24,000 nucleotides of DNA from assembly GCF_000687815.1 (NCBI RefSeq), contig NZ_JHXU01000004.1, positions 28,366-52,365 of the forward strand, read 5' to 3'. Positions 10,025 through 19,220 of the stretch are shown in pieces. The notes under the pieces were generated by a model, which saw nothing but the letters and a program-made list of their open reading frames with translations, did not search any database and was not told the origin of the DNA. Numbering within the stretch: the stretch's first letter is position 1; each line of letters opens with the position of its first letter. The stretch comes from Mycoplasma elephantis ATCC 51980 (GTDB taxonomy: Bacteria > Bacillota_I > Bacilli_A > Mycoplasmatales > Metamycoplasmataceae). Made by a program: the position numbers and the translations under genes.

Positions 10025-12166
10025 ATGAGTAGTAAATTAATGAAAGAGGATGATGAATACATAGCTCTGAATGCTATTGCAAGACTAAAAATAAATGGAA
10101 AATATAATTTTGAATCCGATAAATTATCAGTTAAGCAATATATTAAGCATAATATAATTCCTAAGATGAAGGTTTTTGATAATGAACATGATAGATTATT
10201 TTATTTAATGGAAAATCATTATTATGAACCAGAATTAATCAAAAAATATGGAATTGATAAAGTTGTTGAATTAATAGAGTATGCAAAAACATTTAAACAT
10301 AAATTCCCTGGTTTTATGGGTGCCTATAAATTTTTTAGCACTTATTGTTTAAAATCGTTTAATGGACAAGAATATTTAGAAACATATCCACAAAGAGTGG
10401 TTATGAATGGTTTGTTACTTGGGAATGGTAACTATGAAATGGCAAAAGATATTATAAAAGATATAATGTTGGGTTGTTTTCAACCTGCTACTCCAACATT
10501 TTTAAATGCTGGTAAAAAACAGCGTGGGGAATATGTTTCTTGTTATTTACTTCGTGTAGAAGATAATATGGAATCAATAGGAAAAGCAATTTCTACTAGT
10601 TTACAACTTTCAAAAAGAGCGGGTGGGGTTGCGCTTTGCTTAACAAATTTAAGAGAGTTTGGCGCTCCTATTAAAAATATCGAAAATCAAGCCACAGGTT
10701 TAATTCCGGTTATGAAGCTTTTGGAAGATTCGTTTTCATACGCAAACCAATTAGGACAAAGACCAGGTGCTGGCGCAGTATATCTTAACGTGCATCATCC
10801 TGATTTAATGTCTTATTTGGATACAAAAAGAGAAAATGCGGATGAAAAAATAAGAATAAAATCACTTTCACTAGGACTTGTTATTCCTGATATAACATTT
10901 GAATTGGCAAAAAAGAATGAAGAAATGGCTTTATTTTCACCACTTGATGTGTGAAAAGAATATGGTATGCCGCTAAGTGATATTTCAATAACTAAGGAGT
11001 ATTACAACTTAGTAAAAAATCCTCGAATTAAAAAAACATACATAAATGCTAGAAAAGTTTTTCAAACAATTGCTGAATTACAATTTGAATCTGGATATCC
11101 ATATATATTGTTTGATGATACTGTAAATAATAGAAATCCGCACCCTGGAAGAATTGTTATGTCTAACCTATGTTCTGAAATAGCGCAAGTATCTACTGAA
11201 TCAACTTTTAATCAAGATTTAACTTTTAATAAAATTGGTAAAGATATTTCATGTAATTTAGGTAGTTTAAATATTGCCTATATGATGGAATCTGGCGAAG
11301 ATTTTGGTAATGTTGTTGAAAGAGCTATTAGATCATTAGATGTGGTATCTAGAACCGCTGATTTAGGTTCGGCACCAAGTATTAAAAAAGGTAATGATGA
11401 TAATCACGCTCTTGGCTTAGGAGCCATGAATATGCATGGGTTTTTAGCAACAAATTCAATTTATTATGATTCACAAGAAGCATTAGATTTTACAAATATA
11501 TTCTTTTATACTGTTGCATATCATGCATACAAGGCATCAAATAAAATGGTTGATGAATTTGGAACTTTTAAGGATTTTGAAAAAACGAAATATGCTGATG
11601 GTTCATATTTAAGTAAATACACAAATTGTTCTGATACAGAATATATTCCAAAAACTACAAAAATAAAACACATATTTGAAAAATATAATGTTCATATTCC
11701 GACAAAAGATGAATGAATTGAATTATCAAATAAAATTATAGAAAAAGGTTTAGCTAATTCGCACTTAATGGCTATTGCTCCAACAGGTTCGATTTCATAT
11801 TTAAGTTCTTGCACACCAAGTTTACAACCTGTTGTGGCTCCTGTTGAAGTAAGGAAAGAAGGTAAGGTTGGAAGAGTTTATGTTCCGGCATTCAAAATTA
11901 CAAATTCAAACCTTAAATATTATGAACAAGGAGCCTATGAAATGGGGCCAAATCCAATAATAGATTTAGCGGCAGAAGCTCAAAAACATGTCGATCAAGC
12001 TATTTCTTTAACATTATTTATGACTGATAAAGTAACAACTAGAGATTTAAATAAAGCGTATATTAGAGCATTTACAAAAAAATGTTCATCTATATACTAT
12101 GTTAGAATAAGACAAGATGTGCTTGAAGGTAGTGAAAATTTAGAGTGTGAATCTTGTATGGTATAA
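10025..12166 (+). CDS. nrdE: ribonucleotide reductase large subunit NrdE (class I alpha)
   Basis: Three ORF-track pieces (10025..10954, 10967..11716, 11768..12166) share one frame and are joined through TGAs at 10952 and 11714. The product is 713 aa. Motifs seen: [32 protein letters not shown], and a C-terminal CESCMV redox cysteine pair. Confidence 0.95.
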
Positions 12167-12190
12167 AAAAAGCAGATATCTGCTTTTTTA
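12165..12190. terminator. bidirectional terminator between convergent nrdE and crr-like genes
   Basis: aaaaaagcagat/atctgctttttt is a palindrome flanked by an A-run and a T-run. It overlaps both stop codons. Confidence 0.7.
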
Positions 12191-12679
12191 TTTACTCGCT
12201 TTAAACACTAAAGAATTATTTGTTATTTTTCCATATTTTATGCTTGATACTTTATTATATCTAGATTCAGGAATAACAACCATTATAACACCAGAAAAAT
12301 CAAGATGAGATTTTAAATACTTAAAATCAACACATAAAATAGGATTTTTCTTGGAAATTTGTTGATTTTTGTTGACTAATAGCTTAAAACCTTGCCCTTT
12401 TAAAATTGATGTTTTACTTCCTATATGCAAAAGAATATTCACGTTTTTTGATTCAATTACAATTGCATGATTTGTATCATTTATTGCAGCAATTTTTCCC
12501 GAAATAGGTGAACATATAGTTACATCATTCTCGTTTGGTTCTATAATTACTCCCTCTCCTAGATGTCCCTCACAAAAAACATTATCATTTAATGATTTTA
12601 ATGGCAAAACATCTCCATCACATGGAGAATAGATTTTTTTCTTAGCCTTAAATAAATTTAAAAATTCCTTCAATATCAT
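12188..12679 (-). CDS. crr: PTS EIIA component, glucose family (Crr-like), stand-alone
   Basis: 163 aa. It aligns by eye with E. coli Crr. Both catalytic-site histidines are retained: TNHAIVIES (compare TNHAFSIES) and LLHIGSKTSILKGQGF (compare FVHFGIDTVELKGEGF). Confidence 0.85.
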   Translation of the reverse strand: MILKEFLNLFKAKKKIYSPCDGDVLPLKSLNDNVFCEGHLGEGVIIEPNENDVTICSPISGKIAAINDTNHAIVIESKNVNILLHIGSKTSILKGQGFKLLVNKNQQISKKNPILCVDFKYLKSHLDFSGVIMVVIPESRYNKVSSIKYGKITNNSLVFKASK

Positions 12680-12700
12680 TATTTATATTTTATATGAAAT

Positions 12701-12728
12701 AAAAAAAGCAAGAAATCTTGCTTTTTTA
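12701..12728 (-). terminator. hairpin terminator ending the mraZ-rsmH transcript, upstream of crr
   Basis: aaaaaaagcaag, loop aaat, cttgctttttt. Its symmetric A and T flanks would let it work in either direction. Confidence 0.65.
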
Positions 12729-12910
12729 TGATTTATCAGTAAACTGTAAACCATTGTGTTATCTACAGGTTATAAGGTTTATCTTTGTTTTTACGATAAA
12801 TGCTCAAATGTTTTAGGTATCTTACACCAATTACGATAAAAACATTACTCATACTTTTTTTACTTATTGATTAATTGATTAGCTATCTTAGAAATCCATC
12901 TTCAAGCTGA

Positions 12911-13816
12911 TTAATCAATTAGTTTTGTCAAAATGCGAAGTTTTGCGCTTCTAGAGCGTTTGTTTGTTTCTATTTCTGTTTGTGAAGGATAAATGGTTTT
13001 AATTTTGTAATCCTGTTTAAGCATAACTGGTAATTTGGGATCGTTATGCTTAATTAATGAATTAAAAAACTCTTTTAATATTTTATCCTCCAAGGAGTGA
13101 AATGTAATAATAAGTAATTTACCATTTCTTTTTAAGAAATTTAATGTTTTCTTAAGCATGTTTTTGAGAGAGCCAAGTTCATCATTTACTTCTATACGAA
13201 TGGCTTGAAAAACTGGTTTTATTAAGTTTTTCTTTCTTGTCATTGCATTTGGGTAGCTAGAACGTATTAAATCTGCCAACTGTTTTGTTGTTTCAATTGG
13301 TCTATTTTTAACGATTGCAGTTGCAAGTTGCTTGGATAGCTTAACTTGTCCGTAATCATTAAAAATTTTTACCAATTCATCAACTGTGTAATTGTTAACA
13401 ATTTGATACGCATCTAATTTTTGTTCTTGGTCCATCCTCATATCTAGGCGGGCATCTTTAAAGTAAGAGAAGCCACGTTCTTGAGTGTCAATTTGTGGTG
13501 AGCTTATTCCTAAATCGGCTAAAATTCCAGAAACTTTGTCAATTTTATGTTTTTCTAAAAAATCGTTAAAGTGTTTAAAGTCTGACTTAAATAGCATAAA
13601 ATTGTGTCCGATTTCGCCAAGACGTTTACTACTTTTTTCTATAGCATTTTTATCTTTATCGAAACCGACCAAGAGCCCTGATTTTAACTTTTTAAGGATA
13701 CAAGAACTATGACCCGCAAAACCAACGGTTAAGTCGATAATGGTATCATTTTCTTGAATATTCAGTTGATCGATAACTTCATTTAATAGAACCGGAATAT
13801 GTAATTCTTTATCCAC
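12911..13816 (-). CDS. rsmH: 16S rRNA (cytosine1402-N4)-methyltransferase RsmH (MraW)
   Basis: 301 aa with a GTG start. Motifs seen: HIPVLLNEVI, DLTVGFAGHS, ADLGISSPQID, ERGFSY and ITFHSLEDK. It lies directly downstream of mraZ. Confidence 0.93.
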   Translation of the reverse strand: MDKELHIPVLLNEVIDQLNIQENDTIIDLTVGFAGHSSCILKKLKSGLLVGFDKDKNAIEKSSKRLGEIGHNFMLFKSDFKHFNDFLEKHKIDKVSGILADLGISSPQIDTQERGFSYFKDARLDMRMDQEQKLDAYQIVNNYTVDELVKIFNDYGQVKLSKQLATAIVKNRPIETTKQLADLIRSSYPNAMTRKKNLIKPVFQAIRIEVNDELGSLKNMLKKTLNFLKRNGKLLIITFHSLEDKILKEFFNSLIKHNDPKLPVMLKQDYKIKTIYPSQTEIETNKRSRSAKLRILTKLID

Positions 13817-14250
13817 TAAAATCCTTTATCAGAGATTGTCTGAGCTAAAGTTTCCAGTTTTTCACTTGGATTTTCGTTTTGGAATTTTTCGAATTTGGCT
13901 TTATCTCAAATCTCTACTTTATTGCCAACGCCAACAAAGACTATGTTTTTTCCGATAGCACAAAGGTTGGTAATGTTTTGCGGAATCATTATACGACCTT
14001 GTTTGTCAATGTCTATTTCTTGAGTTCTTGAAAAAAAAGCTCTTTTAAAAGTTCTTACATTTGTATCGAACTCGTTTTTTGAATTAAGTTCTGAAGCAAA
14101 TTGGTTTCAATCATTTTCTGAACGTAACTCTAGAACATCTTCTAAACCACGGCTTAAATAAACAACATTTGTTAATTGATCACGAAATTTTGCTGGTATC
14201 AAAACACGGTTTTTATCATCAAATGTTCGTTCAAATTGTCCGTAAAACAT
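13816..14250 (-). CDS. mraZ: transcriptional regulator MraZ
   Basis: The start MFYGQFERTFDDKNRVLIPAKFR lies at 14250, which is the typical MraZ N-terminus. The frame continues through TGA (forward tca 14107-14109) to TAG at 13816-13818. The stop overlaps the rsmH GTG by 1 nt (TAGTG). The product is 144 aa with a second DxxGR-like half (IDKQGRIMIP). Confidence 0.88.
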
Positions 14251-14389
14251 TTCCCACTCCTTCCCACTATCTATACATATTAAACCACAAATATCCAAAA
14301 TAATAATTTTTTTATCAAATTTTTTGAAAAATAATGTGGTTCAAAATCTCATTTCACCATTTTTTAAAATGAAAATTTATAATAATTTA

Positions 14390-15541
14390 ATGAAAATTAA
14401 AGAATTTCTTTCACTTTTTGCATTTATGCCAATAATATTTACAACTTCATGCACATATTTTTTCAAAGAAAAGGAAAAAAGTGAGCAAATACCTAATGCT
14501 CCAATTTCTTCAAAACCTACATCAAAACCATTAGTAATAAATAAAGATAATAGTGCTATAAAAATAGCCCACTGGAATGTAAAAAATCAAAATGGTAAAA
14601 ATAATTTTAAAAATATAGCTTTAACTAATATTATTAATGCCGAAAATTTTGATATTGTCGGATTAACGGAAATTGATGATTTGCTTGGCGTTGTGTCATT
14701 AATAGATATTTTAAATAAAGCCAATTTTGAATATAAATGAGAATACAAAATATCCAATAAAGACTATACAGCTATTAAAAAAGGAACTCAACTAGAAATG
14801 AATTCAAAACAAAGGGAACATGTTGGAATAATCTATAAAAGTAGTAAGGTTAAACTTATTGCGGATACATTATATGAAAACATTCCATGAAGTAATTTGT
14901 TAGATTTAAATAATCCTAGTGCCGATAAGTACTCATATATTCGTCCTCCATATGGAGCAAAGTTTTTAGACTTAAACACAAATCAAGATTTTACTTGTGT
15001 ATTTGCCCATTTTGATTCTCCGGGAATAGCGAAAGAAAATGAGGACGGTGCTAAAAAATTTAATAGTGATTTTGGAGATATGGGTGCACAAGAAGCTAAT
15101 GAAGCGCTCAAGATTAATGGTGTAATGAAATTTTATGATGCTTGAGATGGGGATAATAATGAACTAATTTTTATGGGTGATACAAATATAAAATTAGGAA
15201 AACAAAATTTAGTATTTAAAAATATTATTGATGATAAGTATACATTTTACTCTGAAGATAATGAACAATGGAAAACATCGCTTAAAACATCAGTTTTTGG
15301 TGAATATTCTCAACCTTATGACAAAATAATTTATAAAGGCGATGCAAAAATAACAAATCCAGGTTTGATAAAAATATATGATTCATTAAAAAATAAATAT
15401 ATAGATCAAAAATGGATTGATGAAGTAATAGCTAGTAAAAATCCCCCACCTAAAAACCCTGTTATTTACCCATATACATTTATTTCAGATCATTGTCCAA
15501 TTTATTTAACTATAAATTTAGATAAAAACGATAAAAATTAA
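14390..15541 (+). CDS. membrane nuclease lipoprotein, endonuclease/exonuclease/phosphatase (DNase I-like) family, MnuA-like
   Basis: The signal peptide plus lipobox reads MKIKEFLSLFAFMPIIFTTS|C. Four ORF-track pieces share one frame and are joined by TGAs at 14738, 14888 and 15143. EEP motifs are IAHWNV, IVGLTEI, FAHFDSPG, FMGDTNI and ISDHCPIY. Alternative starts lie at 14369 (ATG) and 14324 (TTG). Confidence 0.8.
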
Positions 15542-15558
15542 ATATATAATTATGTTTT

Positions 15559-16806
15559 ATGAAATTTATTGATAAGACCAAAATAAAAATAACTGCTGGA
15601 AAAGGAGGAGATGGAATCATCTCTTTTCGTCGTGAAGCACATGTAGATAAAGGTGGTCCTGATGGGGGTGATGGCGGTGATGGAGGAAGTGTGTTTTTTA
15701 GTGGTGATCCAGGAATGAATACACTTTATAAATTTCATCTTCAAAAATCAATCATCGGTAATGATGGCATAAATGGTGGAAGAAAAAATTTATATGGAGC
15801 AAATGGTAAGGATATTATTATAAAAGTTCCATTTGGTACTCAGGTTTTTGAAAACAATAATTTAGTAGCAGATGTTGTGGATGAACAAAACTACTTAATT
15901 TGTAAAGGCGGAAAAGGCGGAAAAGGAAATGCCAAGTTTAAAAGCGCCAAAAATAGTGCTCCTAGATTATGTGAAAATGGAACACTTGGCGAATCTAAAG
16001 TTTTGGATTTAGAGCTTAAAGTTTTAGCCGATGTTGGTTTTATTGGTGTGCCTAATGCCGGAAAATCAAGTCTTTTATCAGTAATTTCAAATGCAAAGCC
16101 AAAAATCGCAAATTATGAATTTACTACAGTTAATCCCCAATTAGGAATTGCCACTTATAATAATGAATCTTTTGTTGTTGCTGATCTGCCAGGATTAATT
16201 AAAGGGGCTCATGAAGGCAAAGGGATGGGTATTGAGTTTTTAAAACATATTGAAAGATGTAAAATTATTGCCCATGTTATTGATTTTAGTGAAGATTATG
16301 AAAAAATTAAAACTAATTTTTTGCTAATAAATGAAGAACTAGCAAATTATAAAATCAATTTACAAAACAAAAAAAGATTAATTGTGGCAAATAAGATTGA
16401 TTTATTAAGTCAAAAAAATAATATTAAGCGTTTTAAAAATGAATTTAAATCCGAACTTGTTCAAACAAGTGCATTGACTAGACAAAATTTAAATCAATTA
16501 AAGGCAAAATTACTCGAAATATTAAAATCATTTAAATACGATGAAGATGAAAATAGTAATTTAAAAGAAGCTTTTATTAATTATGATGCTCCTTTTGATA
16601 TTAAAAAACAAAACAATATATTTATTATAACTGGTTCAAAAGTAAGATATTGATATGAAAGAATACCGTTAAATTCACAAGATAATTTGCTTCGTTTTAA
16701 TAAAATATTAGAAAAAATGGGAATTTGAGACGAACTTTATAATATGGGGATTAAGAAATTAGATACAGTTAAAATATACGATTATGTTTTTGAATGAAAA
16801 GAATAA
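15559..16806 (+). CDS. obg: GTPase Obg/CgtA
   Basis: The N-terminus is MKFIDKTKIKITAGKGGDGIISFRREAHVDKGGPDGGDGGDGGSV. G motifs are GVPNAGKSS, DLPGLI and NKID. The C-terminal domain is reached by reading TGAs at 16651, 16726 and 16795 as Trp. The stop is TAA at 16804-16806. The product is 415 aa. Confidence 0.95.
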
Positions 16807-16876
16807 AAAAACTATTATAAATTTGTAAAAATATATTATAATAACAAGGCTATATATTTCTTTAAGCAAACATAGT

Positions 16877-16953
16877 GGAGAAGTAGCTCAGTTTGGCAGA
16901 GCGCTACGTTTGGGACGTAGTGGTCGCAGGTTCAAATCCTGTCTTCTTCACCA
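16877..16953 (+). tRNA. tRNA-Pro (anticodon TGG)
   Basis: Acceptor GGAGAAG/CTTCTTC. Anticodon stem CTACG/CGTAG with loop TTTGGGA. T-loop GGTTCAAATCC. CCA is encoded. Confidence 0.9.
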
Positions 16954-16959
16954 TTTTAT

Positions 16960-17036
16960 GGGGGGGTAGCTCACCTGGCTAGAGCGCCTGCCTTGCACGC
17001 AGGAGGTAGAGGGTTCGAGTCCCTTCCTCTCCACCA
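16960..17036 (+). tRNA. tRNA-Ala (anticodon TGC)
   Basis: Anticodon stem CCTGC/GCAGG with loop CTTGCAC. The G3:U70 identity pair is present in acceptor GGGGGGG/CCTCTCC. T-loop GGTTCGAGTCC. CCA is encoded. Confidence 0.9.
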
Positions 17037-17039
17037 TTT

Positions 17040-17116
17040 GGCACTGTAGCTCAGTTGGTTAGAGCATCCGGTTCATACCCGGAAGGTCAAGAGTTCGATC
17101 CTCTTTGGTGCTACCA
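17040..17116 (+). tRNA. tRNA-Met, elongator (anticodon CAT)
   Basis: Anticodon stem TCCGG/CCGGA with loop TTCATAC. The 1:72 position is a G:U wobble pair rather than a mismatch, and the anticodon stem lacks the three consecutive G:C pairs of an initiator. Its position matches the Met slot of the known mollicute and Bacillus cluster order. Confidence 0.8.
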
Positions 17117-17138
17117 TTTGGATATATAACAGCATACT

Positions 17139-17214
17139 GGACCCATAGCTCAATGGTTAGAGCACCCGGCTCATAACCGGTAGGTTGCAGGTTCAAGTCC
17201 TGCTGGGTCCACCA
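17139..17214 (+). tRNA. tRNA-Ile2 (genomic anticodon CAT, presumed lysidine-modified)
   Basis: Acceptor GGACCCA/TGGGTCC with anticodon loop CTCATAA. The Ile rather than Met assignment rests on position in the conserved Pro-Ala-Met-Ile-Ser-fMet-Asp-Phe order, not on the sequence alone. Confidence 0.65.
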
Positions 17215-17215
17215 T

Positions 17216-17308
17216 GGGCAATTACCCAAGCCCGGTTGAAGGGACTAGTCTTGAAAACTAGCAGGGGCTTCACGGCCCGCGGGGGTTCGAATCCCTCATT
17301 GCCCGCCA
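17216..17308 (+). tRNA. tRNA-Ser (anticodon TGA), class II with long variable arm
   Basis: Acceptor GGGCAAT/ATTGCCC. Anticodon stem CTAGT/ACTAG with loop CTTGAAA. The long variable arm is GGGGCTTCACGGCCCGC. 93 nt with CCA encoded. Confidence 0.9.
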
Positions 17309-17344
17309 TTTATCTATTTTTATAGATACCAATAACTTTCACGT

Positions 17345-17421
<77 letters not shown>

Positions 17422-17422
17422 T

Positions 17423-17499
17423 GGTCCAGTGGTAAAGTGGTTTAATACGCCTCCCTGTCACGGAGGAGATCGCGGGTTCAATTCCCGTCTGGACCGCCA
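17423..17499 (+). tRNA. tRNA-Asp (anticodon GTC)
   Basis: Acceptor GGTCCAG/CTGGACC. Anticodon stem CCTCC/GGAGG with loop CTGTCAC. CCA is encoded. Confidence 0.9.
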
Positions 17500-17500
17500 T

Positions 17501-17576
17501 GGCTCTGTAGCTCAGTTGGTAGAGCAACGGACTGAAGCTCCGTGTGTCGCTGGTTCGATTCCTGCCGGAGCCACCA
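17501..17576 (+). tRNA. tRNA-Phe (anticodon GAA)
   Basis: Acceptor GGCTCTG/CGGAGCC. Anticodon stem ACGGA/TCCGT with loop CTGAAGC. T-loop GGTTCGATTCC. CCA is encoded. Confidence 0.9.
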
Positions 17577-17587
17577 TATGATGAAAA

Positions 17588-17650
17588 TCGCCTATTAAGG
17601 CTTTTTTTATAAAATTTACACTTTTCTTATTTTGAAGTGTAAATTTTTTT
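17588..17650 (+). terminator. tandem terminators after the tRNA cluster
   Basis: A small hairpin gcct-atta-aggc is followed by ttttttt (17590-17608). A strong 12-bp hairpin follows: aaatttacactt (17612-17623) pairs with aagtgtaaattt (17635-17646), then a T-run. Confidence 0.75.
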
Positions 17651-17750
17651 ACAATTTATTTTCTTTTTAACAATTTTGTTTACATTTTAATTACTATATA
17701 AATTTATAATTTATATGGTGGTAATAATACCACTAAATAAAGGAGATAAA

Positions 17751-19220
17751 ATGAAATACAAAAAATTATGCAGTGTTTTAATACCTGTAATATCTATTGG
17801 GATAACATCAAGTGTAATATCGTGTTCAATTGATGAAGAAGCAATTAAAAATTTTGAAAAAAATAATGAAGCTTTAATAAATGTTGATTTAGCCAAACTT
17901 GATAATGATATTTTAAAAAATCTCGAAAAAGCAGAAAATGAATATTTATCTTTGTCTAAAAATGAGCAAGATAATAAAAAAGATATTGGTGTTAAAATTC
18001 AAACTATTAAAGGAATTAAAAACTCACATGATTCATACTTAAAATCATATAAGAGTCTTTTAGAAATGGAAGATGAAAAACTTGAAAATGAATATAATGC
18101 ACGAGGTTACAAAATAGTTTATAAAGCAATTGAAGCTTTTGAAAAATTTAATAGCCTTGACGATAATACAAAAAATCTTTTAATTAAGAATTTACCTAAT
18201 TCATATTCAAGTATTAATGATGCTAAAAAGGATCTAGAAAGACGTGAAAATCTTTTAATTAATTTACAAAAAAAAGACTATCCAGTTAAAGTACCAAGTC
18301 AAGCAACATACAAAAAAATAAATGAACTTTTAGAATATGTAAAATCATTATCTGGTAAGACAATGGCGGAAAAGGTTGTTGCTATTTCAGAAAAATTCTT
18401 AGGATTTACTTATGTGCCAGATAAAATGATTGGTTCAATAGAAAAAGGGGTTGAAGAAATTCTTGTTCTTGATATATTGGGTGTTGACTGTTTTACCTTT
18501 TTAGATTATACTGTTGCCTTAGCAATGTCAAAAGATATTGATGAATTTAAAGAAAATGTTGCTAAAGTAAGATATATAGATGGACGTGTTGATTACACTA
18601 CTCGTAAACATTTCTTTACTGATTGAGGTCATGAAAATATTAAAATTGCAAATAATGCAGTTGATTTAATGGCTGAAGATGCTAAGAAAATAGCAAATGA
18701 CAAAAAATTGATTATTAATATTAAGAAAAATATTAATGCTAAAAAAGAAGTCGACAAGAAAGTAACAGAGTTTTGATTACCTGGAGTAAGAACAACAGAT
18801 CGTGAATTTGATGCAATTAAATTTGAAAAAGATCACAGAATACTAGATGAAAAATTCATTATGGATAACTTTAAAGAAGGTGATTTTGTAATGGTTGGAA
18901 CCAACCTAGATGGTCTCGATGTTACACATTGCGGAATTTTAATCTTTAAAGAGGGTCCGGTTTATGAATATGATGAAAATGGTGTTGAAAAACGTGATGA
19001 AAAAGGCAATCCAATAGTTAAAAAAGATAAAGATGGAAAAGAAGTAAAAGCTTTAAAACCATTTTATAGAAATGCTAAATGAAATAAACATGTTTTAGAT
19101 GTTGATTTACTATACTACATGCGTGATAGAAATTGAGATACAAAAAACAAGAAGTGATATGAAAAACCTAAAGTTCCATATATGTTATTCTACCGTGTAG
19201 AAGAATCATTAGATGATTAA
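17751..19220 (+). CDS. surface lipoprotein with a C-terminal AmiA/DUF1460-like (NlpC/P60-fold) putative N-acetylmuramoyl-L-alanine amidase domain
   Basis: The RBS aaaggag lies 5 nt upstream of the ATG. The lipoprotein signal is MKYKKLCSVLIPVISIGITSSVIS|C. The frame is continuous through TGAs at 18624, 18774, 19080, 19134 and 19155 to TAA at 19218-19220 (489 aa). The C-terminal half has LDILGVDCFTFLDYTVALA, VRYIDGRVDYTTRKHFFTDW and GDFVMVGTNLDGLDVTHCGI. As I recall them, these match the Cys and His blocks of PF07313. Confidence 0.6.

Noticed and set aside
12764-12852. 29-codon minus-strand ORF (MSNVFIVIGVRYLKHLSIYRKNKDKPYNL) in the rsmH-crr spacer.
   Set aside because: It has no Shine-Dalgarno sequence and no recognisable motif. 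An ORF of this length is expected by chance, so it is noted only as part of an unexplained 180-nt spacer.
13485-13712. 75-aa plus-strand ORF.
   Set aside because: It lies antisense inside rsmH.
15550-15744. 64-aa minus-strand ORF.
   Set aside because: It lies antisense to the highly conserved Gly-rich N-terminus of obg.
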